Source of the DNA: an uncultured bacterium
GTDB taxonomy: Bacteria > Chlamydiota > Chlamydiia > Chlamydiales > SM23-39
NCBI GenBank assembly: GCA_963716985.1
Contig: OY970323.1
Span: forward strand, 1,056,001 to 1,120,000
Direction of reading: 5' to 3'
DNA: 64,000 nt
Positions 55,903-64,000 of the stretch are shown piece after piece. The notes under the pieces are model-generated. The model saw only the letters and a list, made by a program, of their open reading frames with translations, was not told the DNA's origin and did no database searches. Position numbers and translations under genes: made by a program. The stretch's first letter is position 1, and the number at the start of each line of letters is the position of its first letter.

Positions 55903-57602
55903 CACAAAACAAAATGGGACGGCTGAACTTCTTGAAAGGAGAGTGGTTGTTCCTTGCAGAGAGCATCGCCGAGAGAACAGCGAGGGAAAAAGGGACAGCT
56001 ATGGGGCGCGTTTTTTTCTACAATCGTTTCTTTTTTTTCTTTGCCTCCCGTCATGGTTTTAAACGAGGAAAGCAGAAGCTTGGTATAGGGGTGGCGTGGG
56101 TAGGCAAAAAGCTGATGGGCCGGCGCTACTTCTACAAGGCGTCCTCGATAAAGAACTCCCATTTTCGTCGCGATTTTTTTTGCCAAAAAAAGATCGTGGG
56201 TGATCAAAAGGGAGGTGAGATGCTTCTTTTGATGAAGGGAGAGAAGCAGAGAGAGGAGCTGCTCTGCGGTTGGTAGATCGAGCGAGGATGTGGGCTCGTC
56301 TAAAATCAAAAAGGTAGGCTCTAAAATCAAAGCTCGGGCAATGCCCACTCTTTGGCTCTGTCCGCCGCTGAGTTCATGGGGATATTTTTTCAAAAGAGAG
56401 GGGCAAAGAGAGATCTCTTCGAAAAGGCGCAAGATTTTCTCTTCTCTTTCATTTTTGCTAAGAGATGTGTGGATGATGAGCGGCTCTTCTAGAATTTTGC
56501 AAATAGACATCTGCGGATCTTGGCAAAATTGGGGGTCTTGAAAGATCATTTGCACTTTTTGTCTATAGGACAGGAGCGGCTTTTGCTGCAGCTGGAGGAT
56601 CGATTTTCCTTCAAAAAAAATGTCTCCCGATGTCGGAGAAAAGAGTTTGGCGATGAGTTTGGCAAGCGTGGATTTTCCCGACCCGCTTTCGCCGACAAGG
56701 CCAAAAATTTCTCCCGTGCGAATCTCAAGCGAGACGTTGTTGAGAGCGAGCGTTTGAAAACTGCTCGAAGAAAAATTTTTACTGATGTTGCGAATAGAAA
56801 AAAGAGACTCTGTCAGATCACCCCGAGGAGGAGTTTCCGGATGAGAAAAAAAATGAGCCGATGCAACGAGCCTTTTCGTGGCTGGGTGCCGGGGGGAAGA
56901 GAAGATCTTTTGGGTTGGCCCCTCTTCAACGATTTTTCCCTGATGCATGACGATTGTTCTTTGGCACATTTCGCGCACTAAGGCCAAGTGGTGGGAAATC
57001 AGGAGGAGGGAGAATCCCCGTTTTTTTTGCAGCATTTGAAGAAGGGAGAGAATCTGATTGCTCGTTGTGATATCAAGCGCCGTTGTGGGCTCATCGGCAA
57101 CGATGAGATCGGCTTTTTGCGCGAGAGCCATTGCAATGGTGATTCGTTGCAGCATGCCGCGGCTGAGTTCATGGGGATATCTATGAAAAATCTTTTCAGC
57201 GTTTAATAGATAGACCTCTTCCAAGAGAGAAAGGGCCTCTTTTTGGGCAGCTTTCGAGGAAATGTCTTGTTGTAAAAGGAGAGATTCTCTGAGTTGATAG
57301 CCCACTTTTATCGTGGGATTGAGCGCAAGAAGCGGGTCTTGAAAGATAAAGGCGATCGAGGAGCTTCCCTCCTCCCGGAGGGGCTTTCCTTTGTAGAAAA
57401 TTTGCCCGGAAATTTCCTTCTCCCTACGCGCTTGGCGAGGAAGAAGCGCTTCAATCAAGCTGGTTTTTCCGCATCCCGATTCTCCAATGAGGGCAAGGCT
57501 CTCTTGAGCGTATAGAGAAAAAGAGGCCTCTTCGACGGCTCTGCGGGAGAGGGGATCGTTTGGATAGAAAACGGAGAGATTCTCGACCTGTAAAAGCGTC
57601 AT
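55854..57602 (-). CDS. peptide ABC transporter ATPase, fused duplicated domains (OppD/F)
   Basis: Two Walker A motifs (GESGCGKT, GESGSGKS), YPHELS, DEPT and a C-terminal C.F..RC motif. Confidence 0.93.
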   Translation of the reverse strand: MTLLQVENLSVFYPNDPLSRRAVEEASFSLYAQESLALIGESGCGKTSLIEALLPRQARREKEISGQIFYKGKPLREEGSSSIAFIFQDPLLALNPTIKVGYQLRESLLLQQDISSKAAQKEALSLLEEVYLLNAEKIFHRYPHELSRGMLQRITIAMALAQKADLIVADEPTTALDITTSNQILSLLQMLQKKRGFSLLLISHHLALVREMCQRTIVMHQGKIVEEGPTQKIFSSPRHPATKRLVASAHFFSHPETPPRGDLTESLFSIRNISKNFSSSSFQTLALNNVSLEIRTGEIFGLVGESGSGKSTLAKLIAKLFSPTSGDIFFEGKSILQLQQKPLLSYRQKVQMIFQDPQFCQDPQMSICKILEEPLIIHTSLSKNEREEKILRLFEEISLCPSLLKKYPHELSGGQSQRVGIARALILEPTFLILDEPTSSLDLPTAEQLLSLLLSLHQKKHLTSLLITHDLFLAKKIATKMGVLYRGRLVEVAPAHQLFAYPRHPYTKLLLSSFKTMTGGKEKKETIVEKNAPHSCPFFPRCSLGDALCKEQPLSFQEVQPSHFVLCHSKRIEGMEKKTASS

Positions 57603-58432
57603 ATCGGCTCGAGTGTTGAGGGATCATAATATTTTCTGAGCGATTCGCCTAAGAGATTGAATCCAAAAATTGTGATGGTCAGAAGAATGGCCGGGAAGAA
57701 AATTCTCCAGGGAAAATAGCGAAGGCTTCCAAGACCGTCATTGAGCATCACTCCCCAGCTGGAGAAGGGCGCTTGAATCCCTACCCCTAAAAAGCTCAAA
57801 AAAGCCTCGGCAATGATCGCCGATGGGATGTTGAGCGTTAGCGTGACAAAGATCGGTCCTGCCGCGTTGGGAATCAGGTGGGTGAAAAGTATGCGGCTTT
57901 TCGATGCGCCCAGAGATTCTGCTGCCAAAATAAAGGGCAGTTCTTTGACTTGCAATAGATGCCCCCGAATGATCCGTGCCATGGTGATCCAGCCGGTCAG
58001 AGCAATCGCGCTCAATATGGTGAAAAATCCCGGACCTAAAAAAAGCGTCAATAAGAGAACCATGAGAAGGGAGGGCAGTGATTGCAAAATATCGCAGCTT
58101 CTCATCAAAAACTCATCCAGTTTCCTTCCGTTTAGGGCGGCAATGCTGCCCCAGAGAACGCCGATGAAAAGATCGATCAAAACGGCGGAAAGGGCAACGC
58201 TAAGGGAGATCCTAGCTCCGATGGCGCTTCTGATAAAAAGGTCTCTTCCTAATTCATCCGTTCCAAACCAAAAGGAGGAAGAGGGAGGCTCATTGGCTTT
58301 GTCGAGATGGATTTGATCATATGAATAATTGCTACAGAAGGGGACAAAAAGGGCGAAAGCCAGTATGGCGCAAAGGAAGAAAAAAGCAATTTTTACCTGC
58401 CAAGAGCCGATGAGCGAATGTTTTTTATTCAT
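57599..58432 (-). CDS. oppC: peptide ABC transporter permease
   Basis: WFGTDELGRD, EAA-like loop AAESLGAS...H.IPN and EAFLSFLG.G. Confidence 0.93.
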   Translation of the reverse strand: MNKKHSLIGSWQVKIAFFFLCAILAFALFVPFCSNYSYDQIHLDKANEPPSSSFWFGTDELGRDLFIRSAIGARISLSVALSAVLIDLFIGVLWGSIAALNGRKLDEFLMRSCDILQSLPSLLMVLLLTLFLGPGFFTILSAIALTGWITMARIIRGHLLQVKELPFILAAESLGASKSRILFTHLIPNAAGPIFVTLTLNIPSAIIAEAFLSFLGVGIQAPFSSWGVMLNDGLGSLRYFPWRIFFPAILLTITIFGFNLLGESLRKYYDPSTLEPI

Positions 58433-59394
58433 GACCCATCCTTTGTCTTGAGGCGCGGATCGAGGAAAAGGCTCAAAAGGTCAAAGAGGAAAACACAGAG
58501 GAGCAAAAGGGAAGAGTAGAAAACGGTCAGGCCTAAAATCGTAGTGTAGTCGCGGCTGGCGATGCTTTTGACCATCCACTGGCCGAGGCCGGGGAGTGCA
58601 AAGATCTTTTCAATGACAAAACTTCCCGTCAGAATATGGGCTAAAAGCGGCCCTAAATAGCCAAAGAGGGGAAGCAGGGCATTGCGCAGGGCATGACGAA
58701 AAAAAACTGCAAATGGAGACAGGCCCTTGGCATAGGCAAGTTTGATATAGTCTTGCTGAAAAATGCCGATCAGCCGGTCGCGGATCAGTCGTGTGATATA
58801 GGCAGTGGGGAGAAAAGAGAGGGAAAGAGAGGGGAGAAAGGAGGAGAGATAGCCGTCGAACCGTGCGAGGGGAAAAATGTGCCAGTGAATGGCAAAGATG
58901 TGCTGTAAAAGCGTGGCTAAAAGAAATCCCGGCAGAGAAATTCCCGCAAAAGAGAAAAGGAGGATGGCCAGATCGATTTTTTTTTGATGAAAATAGGCGG
59001 CAAGACTTCCTAGAGCAACTCCTAAAAAAAGGGAAAGGACAAAGGCTTGCAAGCCAATGAGGGCAGAGATAGGAAAACCTGTTCGGATAATGTCTGTTAC
59101 ATGCTTATTTTCATAGACGAAGGAGGGGCCGAAATCCAATGTAAGGCATCCCAAGAGGTAGCTGCCATATTGAAAAAAAATATTTTTATCTAGGCCATAA
59201 TAGGCGTAAAGCGCTTGTTTGATCTCTTTTCGCACCCCTTGCTCTTCGTCAAACGGATCCCCGGGCAGACTTTTCATCAAAAAAAAAGTGAGCGTCATGA
59301 CGAAAAATAGAGAAAAGGAAAGGGAAAGAAATTTTTTTGCGATAAAAAAAATTTTAATTTTGACAGACTCTTTCAAAAAAAAACCATCATGCAT
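58429..59394 (-). CDS. oppB: peptide ABC transporter permease
   Basis: LPGDP, DFGPS, DYI..A.AKGL...HALRNA and IE.IF..PGLG. Start uncertain. Confidence 0.93.
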   Translation of the reverse strand: MHDGFFLKESVKIKIFFIAKKFLSLSFSLFFVMTLTFFLMKSLPGDPFDEEQGVRKEIKQALYAYYGLDKNIFFQYGSYLLGCLTLDFGPSFVYENKHVTDIIRTGFPISALIGLQAFVLSLFLGVALGSLAAYFHQKKIDLAILLFSFAGISLPGFLLATLLQHIFAIHWHIFPLARFDGYLSSFLPSLSLSFLPTAYITRLIRDRLIGIFQQDYIKLAYAKGLSPFAVFFRHALRNALLPLFGYLGPLLAHILTGSFVIEKIFALPGLGQWMVKSIASRDYTTILGLTVFYSSLLLLCVFLFDLLSLFLDPRLKTKDGS

Positions 59395-59460
59395 GTTTGA
59401 TTTTACCCTTCATTTTTGAGGTAAAAAGTAGTATAATAGATCGAACGAATTTTTAGGAGA

Positions 59461-60795
59461 TTGATGAAGATTCATTTCACCAGTTTGGGCTGCTCCCGCA
59501 ATCTTGCCGACACCGAAAAAATGATGCAACTTCTTTGCTGTGATGGGCATGAGATGGTCTCCGCGATCGCAAACGCCGACCTCGTCCTCCTGAATACTTG
59601 CGGATTTTTAAAGAGCGCAAGGAAAGAGGGAAGAGAAGTTTTAGAACGGATTCTGGCAGAGAAAGCGCCGTCTGCTTTTCTCATCGTTGCCGGCTGCATG
59701 ATTCCCTTGCACCAAAAAGAATTGGAAGAGGCCTTTGGACAGAAGATCGACCAATTTCTCTCTCCAAAAGAGGAGGAAAATATTGTCGATGCAGTGCGCA
59801 GATTGGAAACGAAAAGAGAGAAGAGATGCTTTCTTGCCAAAAGTGAAAAAAGGCTTTTTACGACGAACCATTTTGCCTACTTAAAGATTGCGGACGGCTG
59901 TCAAAAACAGTGCTCTTATTGCATCATTCCAAAGATTCGCGGCCGTTTGAAAAGCCGAGGCGAAGAAGAGATTTTAGAAGAATTTAACCGGATCCTTTCC
60001 CTTGGCGTTTTTGAAATTATCTTAGTGGCCCAAGACCTTGGCGATTTCGGGAAGGACCGCGGAGAAAAAAGGGCGCTCGTTTCTTTGCTGCAAAAAATGC
60101 TCCAATCGAAAAAAGATTTTTGGATTCGCCTTTTATACCTCTATCCGGATGAAATAGATGAGGATCTTTTATCTCTGATGCAATCAGATACGCGCATCTG
60201 CCCCTATTTTGACCTGCCCATCCAGCATATCAATACCCGCATTCTTTCCCTTATGAAACGCTCTTCTTCCAAACAAAAGATCATCGAGTCGATCGAGAAG
60301 CTACGCCACTCTTTTCCCGACGTTTCCCTTCGAACGAGCCTTATGGTGGGCTTTCCCTCGGAAACGGAAGAGGAGTTTCAAGAACTTTGCCATTTCATCC
60401 AAACGGCTCAATTGGATCAGGTCGGGATTTTTCGCTATTCGAATGAAAAAGAGGCGCTCGCGTCTTCTTTGCCGGGCCAGATTCCTGAATTGATCAAGAA
60501 GAAAAGAGAGCGGGTTTTGTCGTCTATTCAATGGGAAATCGTAGAGAGGAAAAATCATCAAAAGATCGGAAAAAAGACGATGGCTCTTGTAGAAAAATTG
60601 CACCCGGAATCGCCCTATTTAGCAATGGCCCGCTCGCAGATGCAAGCACCTGAGGTGGACGGAGTTATTCTGATCAACGATATTGGTCCGATCGAGTCGT
60701 TTGGAAAAATCTACCCGGTTGAGATTACGGGATGTGCGGGATACGATCTGATAGGGCAGGTCATAGTAGATAAAAAACACGGGAAGAAACGATGA
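59461..60795 (+). CDS. rimO: ribosomal protein S12 methylthiotransferase
   Basis: SLGC.RNL.D, NTCGF, AYLKIADGC...C.YC.IP, WIRLLYLYP and APEVDG. Confidence 0.93.
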   Translation: MMKIHFTSLGCSRNLADTEKMMQLLCCDGHEMVSAIANADLVLLNTCGFLKSARKEGREVLERILAEKAPSAFLIVAGCMIPLHQKELEEAFGQKIDQFLSPKEEENIVDAVRRLETKREKRCFLAKSEKRLFTTNHFAYLKIADGCQKQCSYCIIPKIRGRLKSRGEEEILEEFNRILSLGVFEIILVAQDLGDFGKDRGEKRALVSLLQKMLQSKKDFWIRLLYLYPDEIDEDLLSLMQSDTRICPYFDLPIQHINTRILSLMKRSSSKQKIIESIEKLRHSFPDVSLRTSLMVGFPSETEEEFQELCHFIQTAQLDQVGIFRYSNEKEALASSLPGQIPELIKKKRERVLSSIQWEIVERKNHQKIGKKTMALVEKLHPESPYLAMARSQMQAPEVDGVILINDIGPIESFGKIYPVEITGCAGYDLIGQVIVDKKHGKKR

Positions 60796-62006
60796 TCTCA
60801 AAAGACAATAGCTCCAATGATTGCAATACATCAAAAGAGCATTCTTTAAGAGAACACGTTGCCTCTTTTTTTCACCGATCGGCACGACTCCAGGCCCATC
60901 TTTTCTGGTGGTATACGGAAAAGTTTTTTTCTCATTTCTTTTTTGCCAAAAAAGAGAGGCGCTCTCTCATTGAAAAAATCAAGCGGTGGACCAAGCGATG
61001 TTTTTTGATTGCCTTGGCCTTGCCCCTTCTTTCTTGGACCCTTCTGCTTGCAGAGACCGAGCTTTTGACCCGCATTTCCGCCCACATGGTCGCCCAAAAA
61101 TCCTTTCACTATCTTCGAGGGAGCCATCCGGAAAAAATCTTGAAGAGAGGCGGCCCCATCACTCTTTTTAGCTTGAATACCTGTTTTGTGCATGGCGGCT
61201 TTTCCTACTTGTATGGGGGAGTGGCCCCTTGGCCTCAGCGCGTAGAGGGGATCATTGAGAATATCCAAGAAAAGAATCCCGATGTTCTTTGTCTTCAAGA
61301 GGTCAACGACCTCGAAGCTTGCTATCGTTTATACCAGGCGCTGAAAGATCAATATGCTCACTTTTATTTCCATATGGGTTCTAAAATTTTGTCTCAAAGT
61401 AGCGGACTTTTTGTTGCGAGTAAGTTTGCCATCGAAGAGCCCTCTTTTAAGGCCTTCGACGAGATTCCCGGAGTACAAAAAATGGTGAACAAAGGATTTT
61501 TCGATTGCAAAATCCTTTCGGAGGGCAAGGTGGTTGCGCATCTTTTTACGACGCACCTCAGCCCATCCAACGATGACCGTCTGCCCACTTTGGAAGAGAA
61601 GGAAATAAGGCAGAAAGAGATCGCCATGATCTTTGCAAAGATGCACGCTTGTTCCAAAGAGACTCCTCTGATTTTTGCCGGAGATTTCAATATGGCAAGA
61701 GAAAATGAAGAATCTTTGGCCTTCAAAGGGTTTTACGATCTTTTCCCAAAAGGAGAAAAGAGCAGTGCAACGGCTTTATTGAAGCAAGCTTTGCGGGCGC
61801 ACTCCGAGCGAGAAGTTCTGGAAGCGAAGCGTGCCCATTCCGAATTTGCCATTGATTACATCTTATTTAAGTCTGAAAAATCACATTGCAAGGGGAAAAT
61901 CTCTCTTGTCAAGTCTTATGATCTTAAGGATCCAAATCCAACAATTGGAGCTCTTTCCGATCACCATGCACTTTTTGCTACCCTCTATCTATCTCTAAAG
62001 TCATAG
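60792..62006 (+). CDS. endonuclease/exonuclease/phosphatase-family enzyme, sphingomyelinase-like, membrane-anchored
   Basis: SLNT, DVLCLQEV, SSGL.VASK, NKGF, TTHL, GDFN, IDYI and SDH motifs, plus an N-terminal TM segment. Confidence 0.85.
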   Translation: MISKDNSSNDCNTSKEHSLREHVASFFHRSARLQAHLFWWYTEKFFSHFFFAKKERRSLIEKIKRWTKRCFLIALALPLLSWTLLLAETELLTRISAHMVAQKSFHYLRGSHPEKILKRGGPITLFSLNTCFVHGGFSYLYGGVAPWPQRVEGIIENIQEKNPDVLCLQEVNDLEACYRLYQALKDQYAHFYFHMGSKILSQSSGLFVASKFAIEEPSFKAFDEIPGVQKMVNKGFFDCKILSEGKVVAHLFTTHLSPSNDDRLPTLEEKEIRQKEIAMIFAKMHACSKETPLIFAGDFNMARENEESLAFKGFYDLFPKGEKSSATALLKQALRAHSEREVLEAKRAHSEFAIDYILFKSEKSHCKGKISLVKSYDLKDPNPTIGALSDHHALFATLYLSLKS

Positions 62007-62149
62007 GATGATCCGTCCCGTTTTTTTCTCTTTTTGAAGGGCCTCGCTCGCCCAAAGGCGAAAGAGAGATCCCGCTACAAAGACACTGATGTAGCATGCT
62101 GTTTTGAGTCTCTTGGCTGTTTGTCAGAGGAATAATTTGTGATGGGAAG

Positions 62150-62175
62150 AAAAAAGGGAGCCTTGCGGCTCCCTT
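62150..62175 (-). terminator. intrinsic terminator of hppA
   Basis: Minus strand AAGGGAGCC-GCAA-GGCTCCCTTTTTT. Confidence 0.85.
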
Positions 62176-62182
62176 GATTGCT

Positions 62183-64000
62183 TTATAAGAACTTTGAAAG
62201 TATGGCCAAGAGGAGAAGTGCGACAATATTGGTAATTTTAATCATGGGATTAATGGCGGGCCCGGCCGTATCTTTATAAGGATCGCCAACGGTATCTCCC
62301 GTAATTGCTGCCCGGTGGGCCTCCGATCCCTTGCCGCCTAAATTTCCCGCTTCGATATATTTTTTCGCATTATCCCAGGCGCCGCCGCCGCCGGTCATGG
62401 AAAGTGCCTGAAAGAGTCCTGTGACCACTACTCCAAGAAGCATCGATCCTAAAGAAACAAGGGCCGGTTTCGTGCCCGCAATCCAATAGATGCTAAAATA
62501 GAGCAAGATCGGAGCGAGAACGGGCAGGATGGAAGGGATGATCATCTCCTTGATTGCCGCCTTTGTCAACATGTCGACGGCTTTTTTATAATCGGGAAGT
62601 GCGGTTCCTTTCATGATGCCCGGTATTTCCTTGAATTGTCTTCTTACTTCAATCACGACGGAAGCGGCTGCGCGGCCGACCGACATCATGCTCATAGAAG
62701 CAAAAAGATAGGGCAGGAACCCCCCAAAGAAGAGACCGATCACAACATAGGGATCTTGCAAAAAGAATTGCGTTTGTAATTTGGGAAAGTAGAAATGAAG
62801 ATCTTCGATATAGGCTGCAAAAAGAACAAGGGCCGCAAAAGCTGCAGAAGCAATTGCATACCCCTTAGTCACCGCTTTCGTAGTATTTCCGACAGCGTCG
62901 AGAGCATCGGTCACTTCGCGCACCTTTGAAGGAAGGTTGGCCATTTCTGCAATCCCTCCGGCATTGTCGGTGACAGGGCCATACGCATCGAGGGCGATAA
63001 TCATGCCGGCAAGCGCGAGCATGCTGGTGGCTGCAATTGCAACGCCATAAAGCTCGGCATTGAGATAGGATATTAGAATGCCTGCCGAAATGACAAGCAC
63101 CGGAAGAACGGTAGATTCAAGAGAGGTGGCAAGTCCCTGAATGATGTTGGTGCCATGTCCTGTGATTGAAGCCTTTGCAATGTTTTTTACCGGGCGGAAC
63201 TTTGTGGAGGTATAATATTCCGTGATCCAGATCAGAAGGCCCGTGACGACCATTCCCGTAAGGGCGCAATAGAAGAGGTTCTTTCCGGTAAACGCTATAT
63301 CGTGGATTTGAAAGGAGGAAGAGAATCCTAGCCAAAGATGGATTAAAAGGGCAATGGCGCCGGTAGAAATAATGGCCGAGGCAACAAATCCTTTATAAAG
63401 AGCTGCCATGATGTTTTGTTTCTTTCCCAGACGCACAAAAAACGTGCCCAAAATGGAAGAGAGAATGCAAACGCCTCCAATCGCAAGGGGAAAGAGAATC
63501 ATCAATTCCTGGACCGCCTCCGTAAAGAAGATTTTCCCCAGGAGCATCGTTCCGACAATCGTCACAACATAGGTTTCAAACAGGTCCGCCGCCATTCCTG
63601 CGCAGTCGCCAACATTGTCTCCGACGTTGTCGCTGATTACGGCTGGGTTGCGAGGATCATCTTCGGGAATGCCCGCTTCAATTTTCCCCACAAGGTCGGC
63701 TCCCACATCTGCGCCTTTTGTGAAAATACCTCCTCCCAAGCGTGCGAATATGGAGATCAATGAGGCGCCGAAACTCAGCGCAACGAGGGCTTCAAAAATC
63801 TTGCGCTCTTCCATCGCGAGTTGCTTCAGAGTGAAGTAATAAAGAGTGATGCCCAAAAGAGCAAGGCCTACGACGAGAAAACCGGTAATGGCGCCTGATT
63901 TGAAGGCAATGGCAAGTGCCGGTTTCAATCCTTTTCTGGCCGATTCCGCAGTTCGAATATTGCCGCGGACGGAAATGTTCATGCCAATGTAGCCCGCCAG
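62183..64000 (-). CDS. hppA: membrane-bound proton-translocating pyrophosphatase (5' end outside the window)
   Basis: [37 protein letters not shown] and [10 protein letters not shown]. Confidence 0.97.
   Translation of the reverse strand: MAGYIGMNISVRGNIRTAESARKGLKPALAIAFKSGAITGFLVVGLALLGITLYYFTLKQLAMEERKIFEALVALSFGASLISIFARLGGGIFTKGADVGADLVGKIEAGIPEDDPRNPAVISDNVGDNVGDCAGMAADLFETYVVTIVGTMLLGKIFFTEAVQELMILFPLAIGGVCILSSILGTFFVRLGKKQNIMAALYKGFVASAIISTGAIALLIHLWLGFSSSFQIHDIAFTGKNLFYCALTGMVVTGLLIWITEYYTSTKFRPVKNIAKASITGHGTNIIQGLATSLESTVLPVLVISAGILISYLNAELYGVAIAATSMLALAGMIIALDAYGPVTDNAGGIAEMANLPSKVREVTDALDAVGNTTKAVTKGYAIASAAFAALVLFAAYIEDLHFYFPKLQTQFFLQDPYVVIGLFFGGFLPYLFASMSMMSVGRAAASVVIEVRRQFKEIPGIMKGTALPDYKKAVDMLTKAAIKEMIIPSILPVLAPILLYFSIYWIAGTKPALVSLGSMLLGVVVTGLFQALSMTGGGGAWDNAKKYIEAGNLGGKGSEAHRAAITGDTVGDPYKDTAGPAINPMIKITNIVALLLLAILSKFL

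Noticed and set aside
1..64000. Numerous short antisense or nested ORFs in the track; rRNA and tRNA genes
   Set aside because: The nested ORFs are shadows of well-supported genes, and those recurring in repeats just mirror the duplications. No cloverleaf or rRNA-like sequence was recognised.

Overview
Chromosomal window from an environmental member of Chlamydiota, judged from the chlamydial-type FabI, Pkn1 kinase-FGE fusion, RNase HIII, CT053-like gene next to hemW and an LcrH/CopB/CopD-type translocator operon. Housekeeping blocks (tamAB, sulP, fabI, holA, hemW, ferredoxin, xerD, gatCAB, recN, rnhC, pkn1, ispH, oppBCD/F, rimO, hppA) alternate with three accessory regions. (i) 1-6.9 kb: the 3' end of a group II intron, a compact T3SS translocator operon, an intact IS982, a Cfr-like rather than plain RlmN-like radical SAM methyltransferase, and IS debris. 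(ii) 15.8-23.7 kb: a tandem array of seven related membrane proteins. Four have near-identical, mosaic N-termini, a two-TM/Pro-linker/Cys-cluster core and unrelated C-terminal tails, and the spacers hold IS3, IS630, MITE and intron-like stubs. (iii) 29.6-42.1 kb: a candidate effector island with a 906-aa polytopic protein and two paralogous Inc-like proteins bracketing three tandem F-box/LRR genes. Two 1046-bp IS982 copies encoding identical transposases and two 190-bp MITE copies are present. No rRNA, tRNA or CRISPR array was seen. All functional calls come from motif recognition by eye; no database searches were run.
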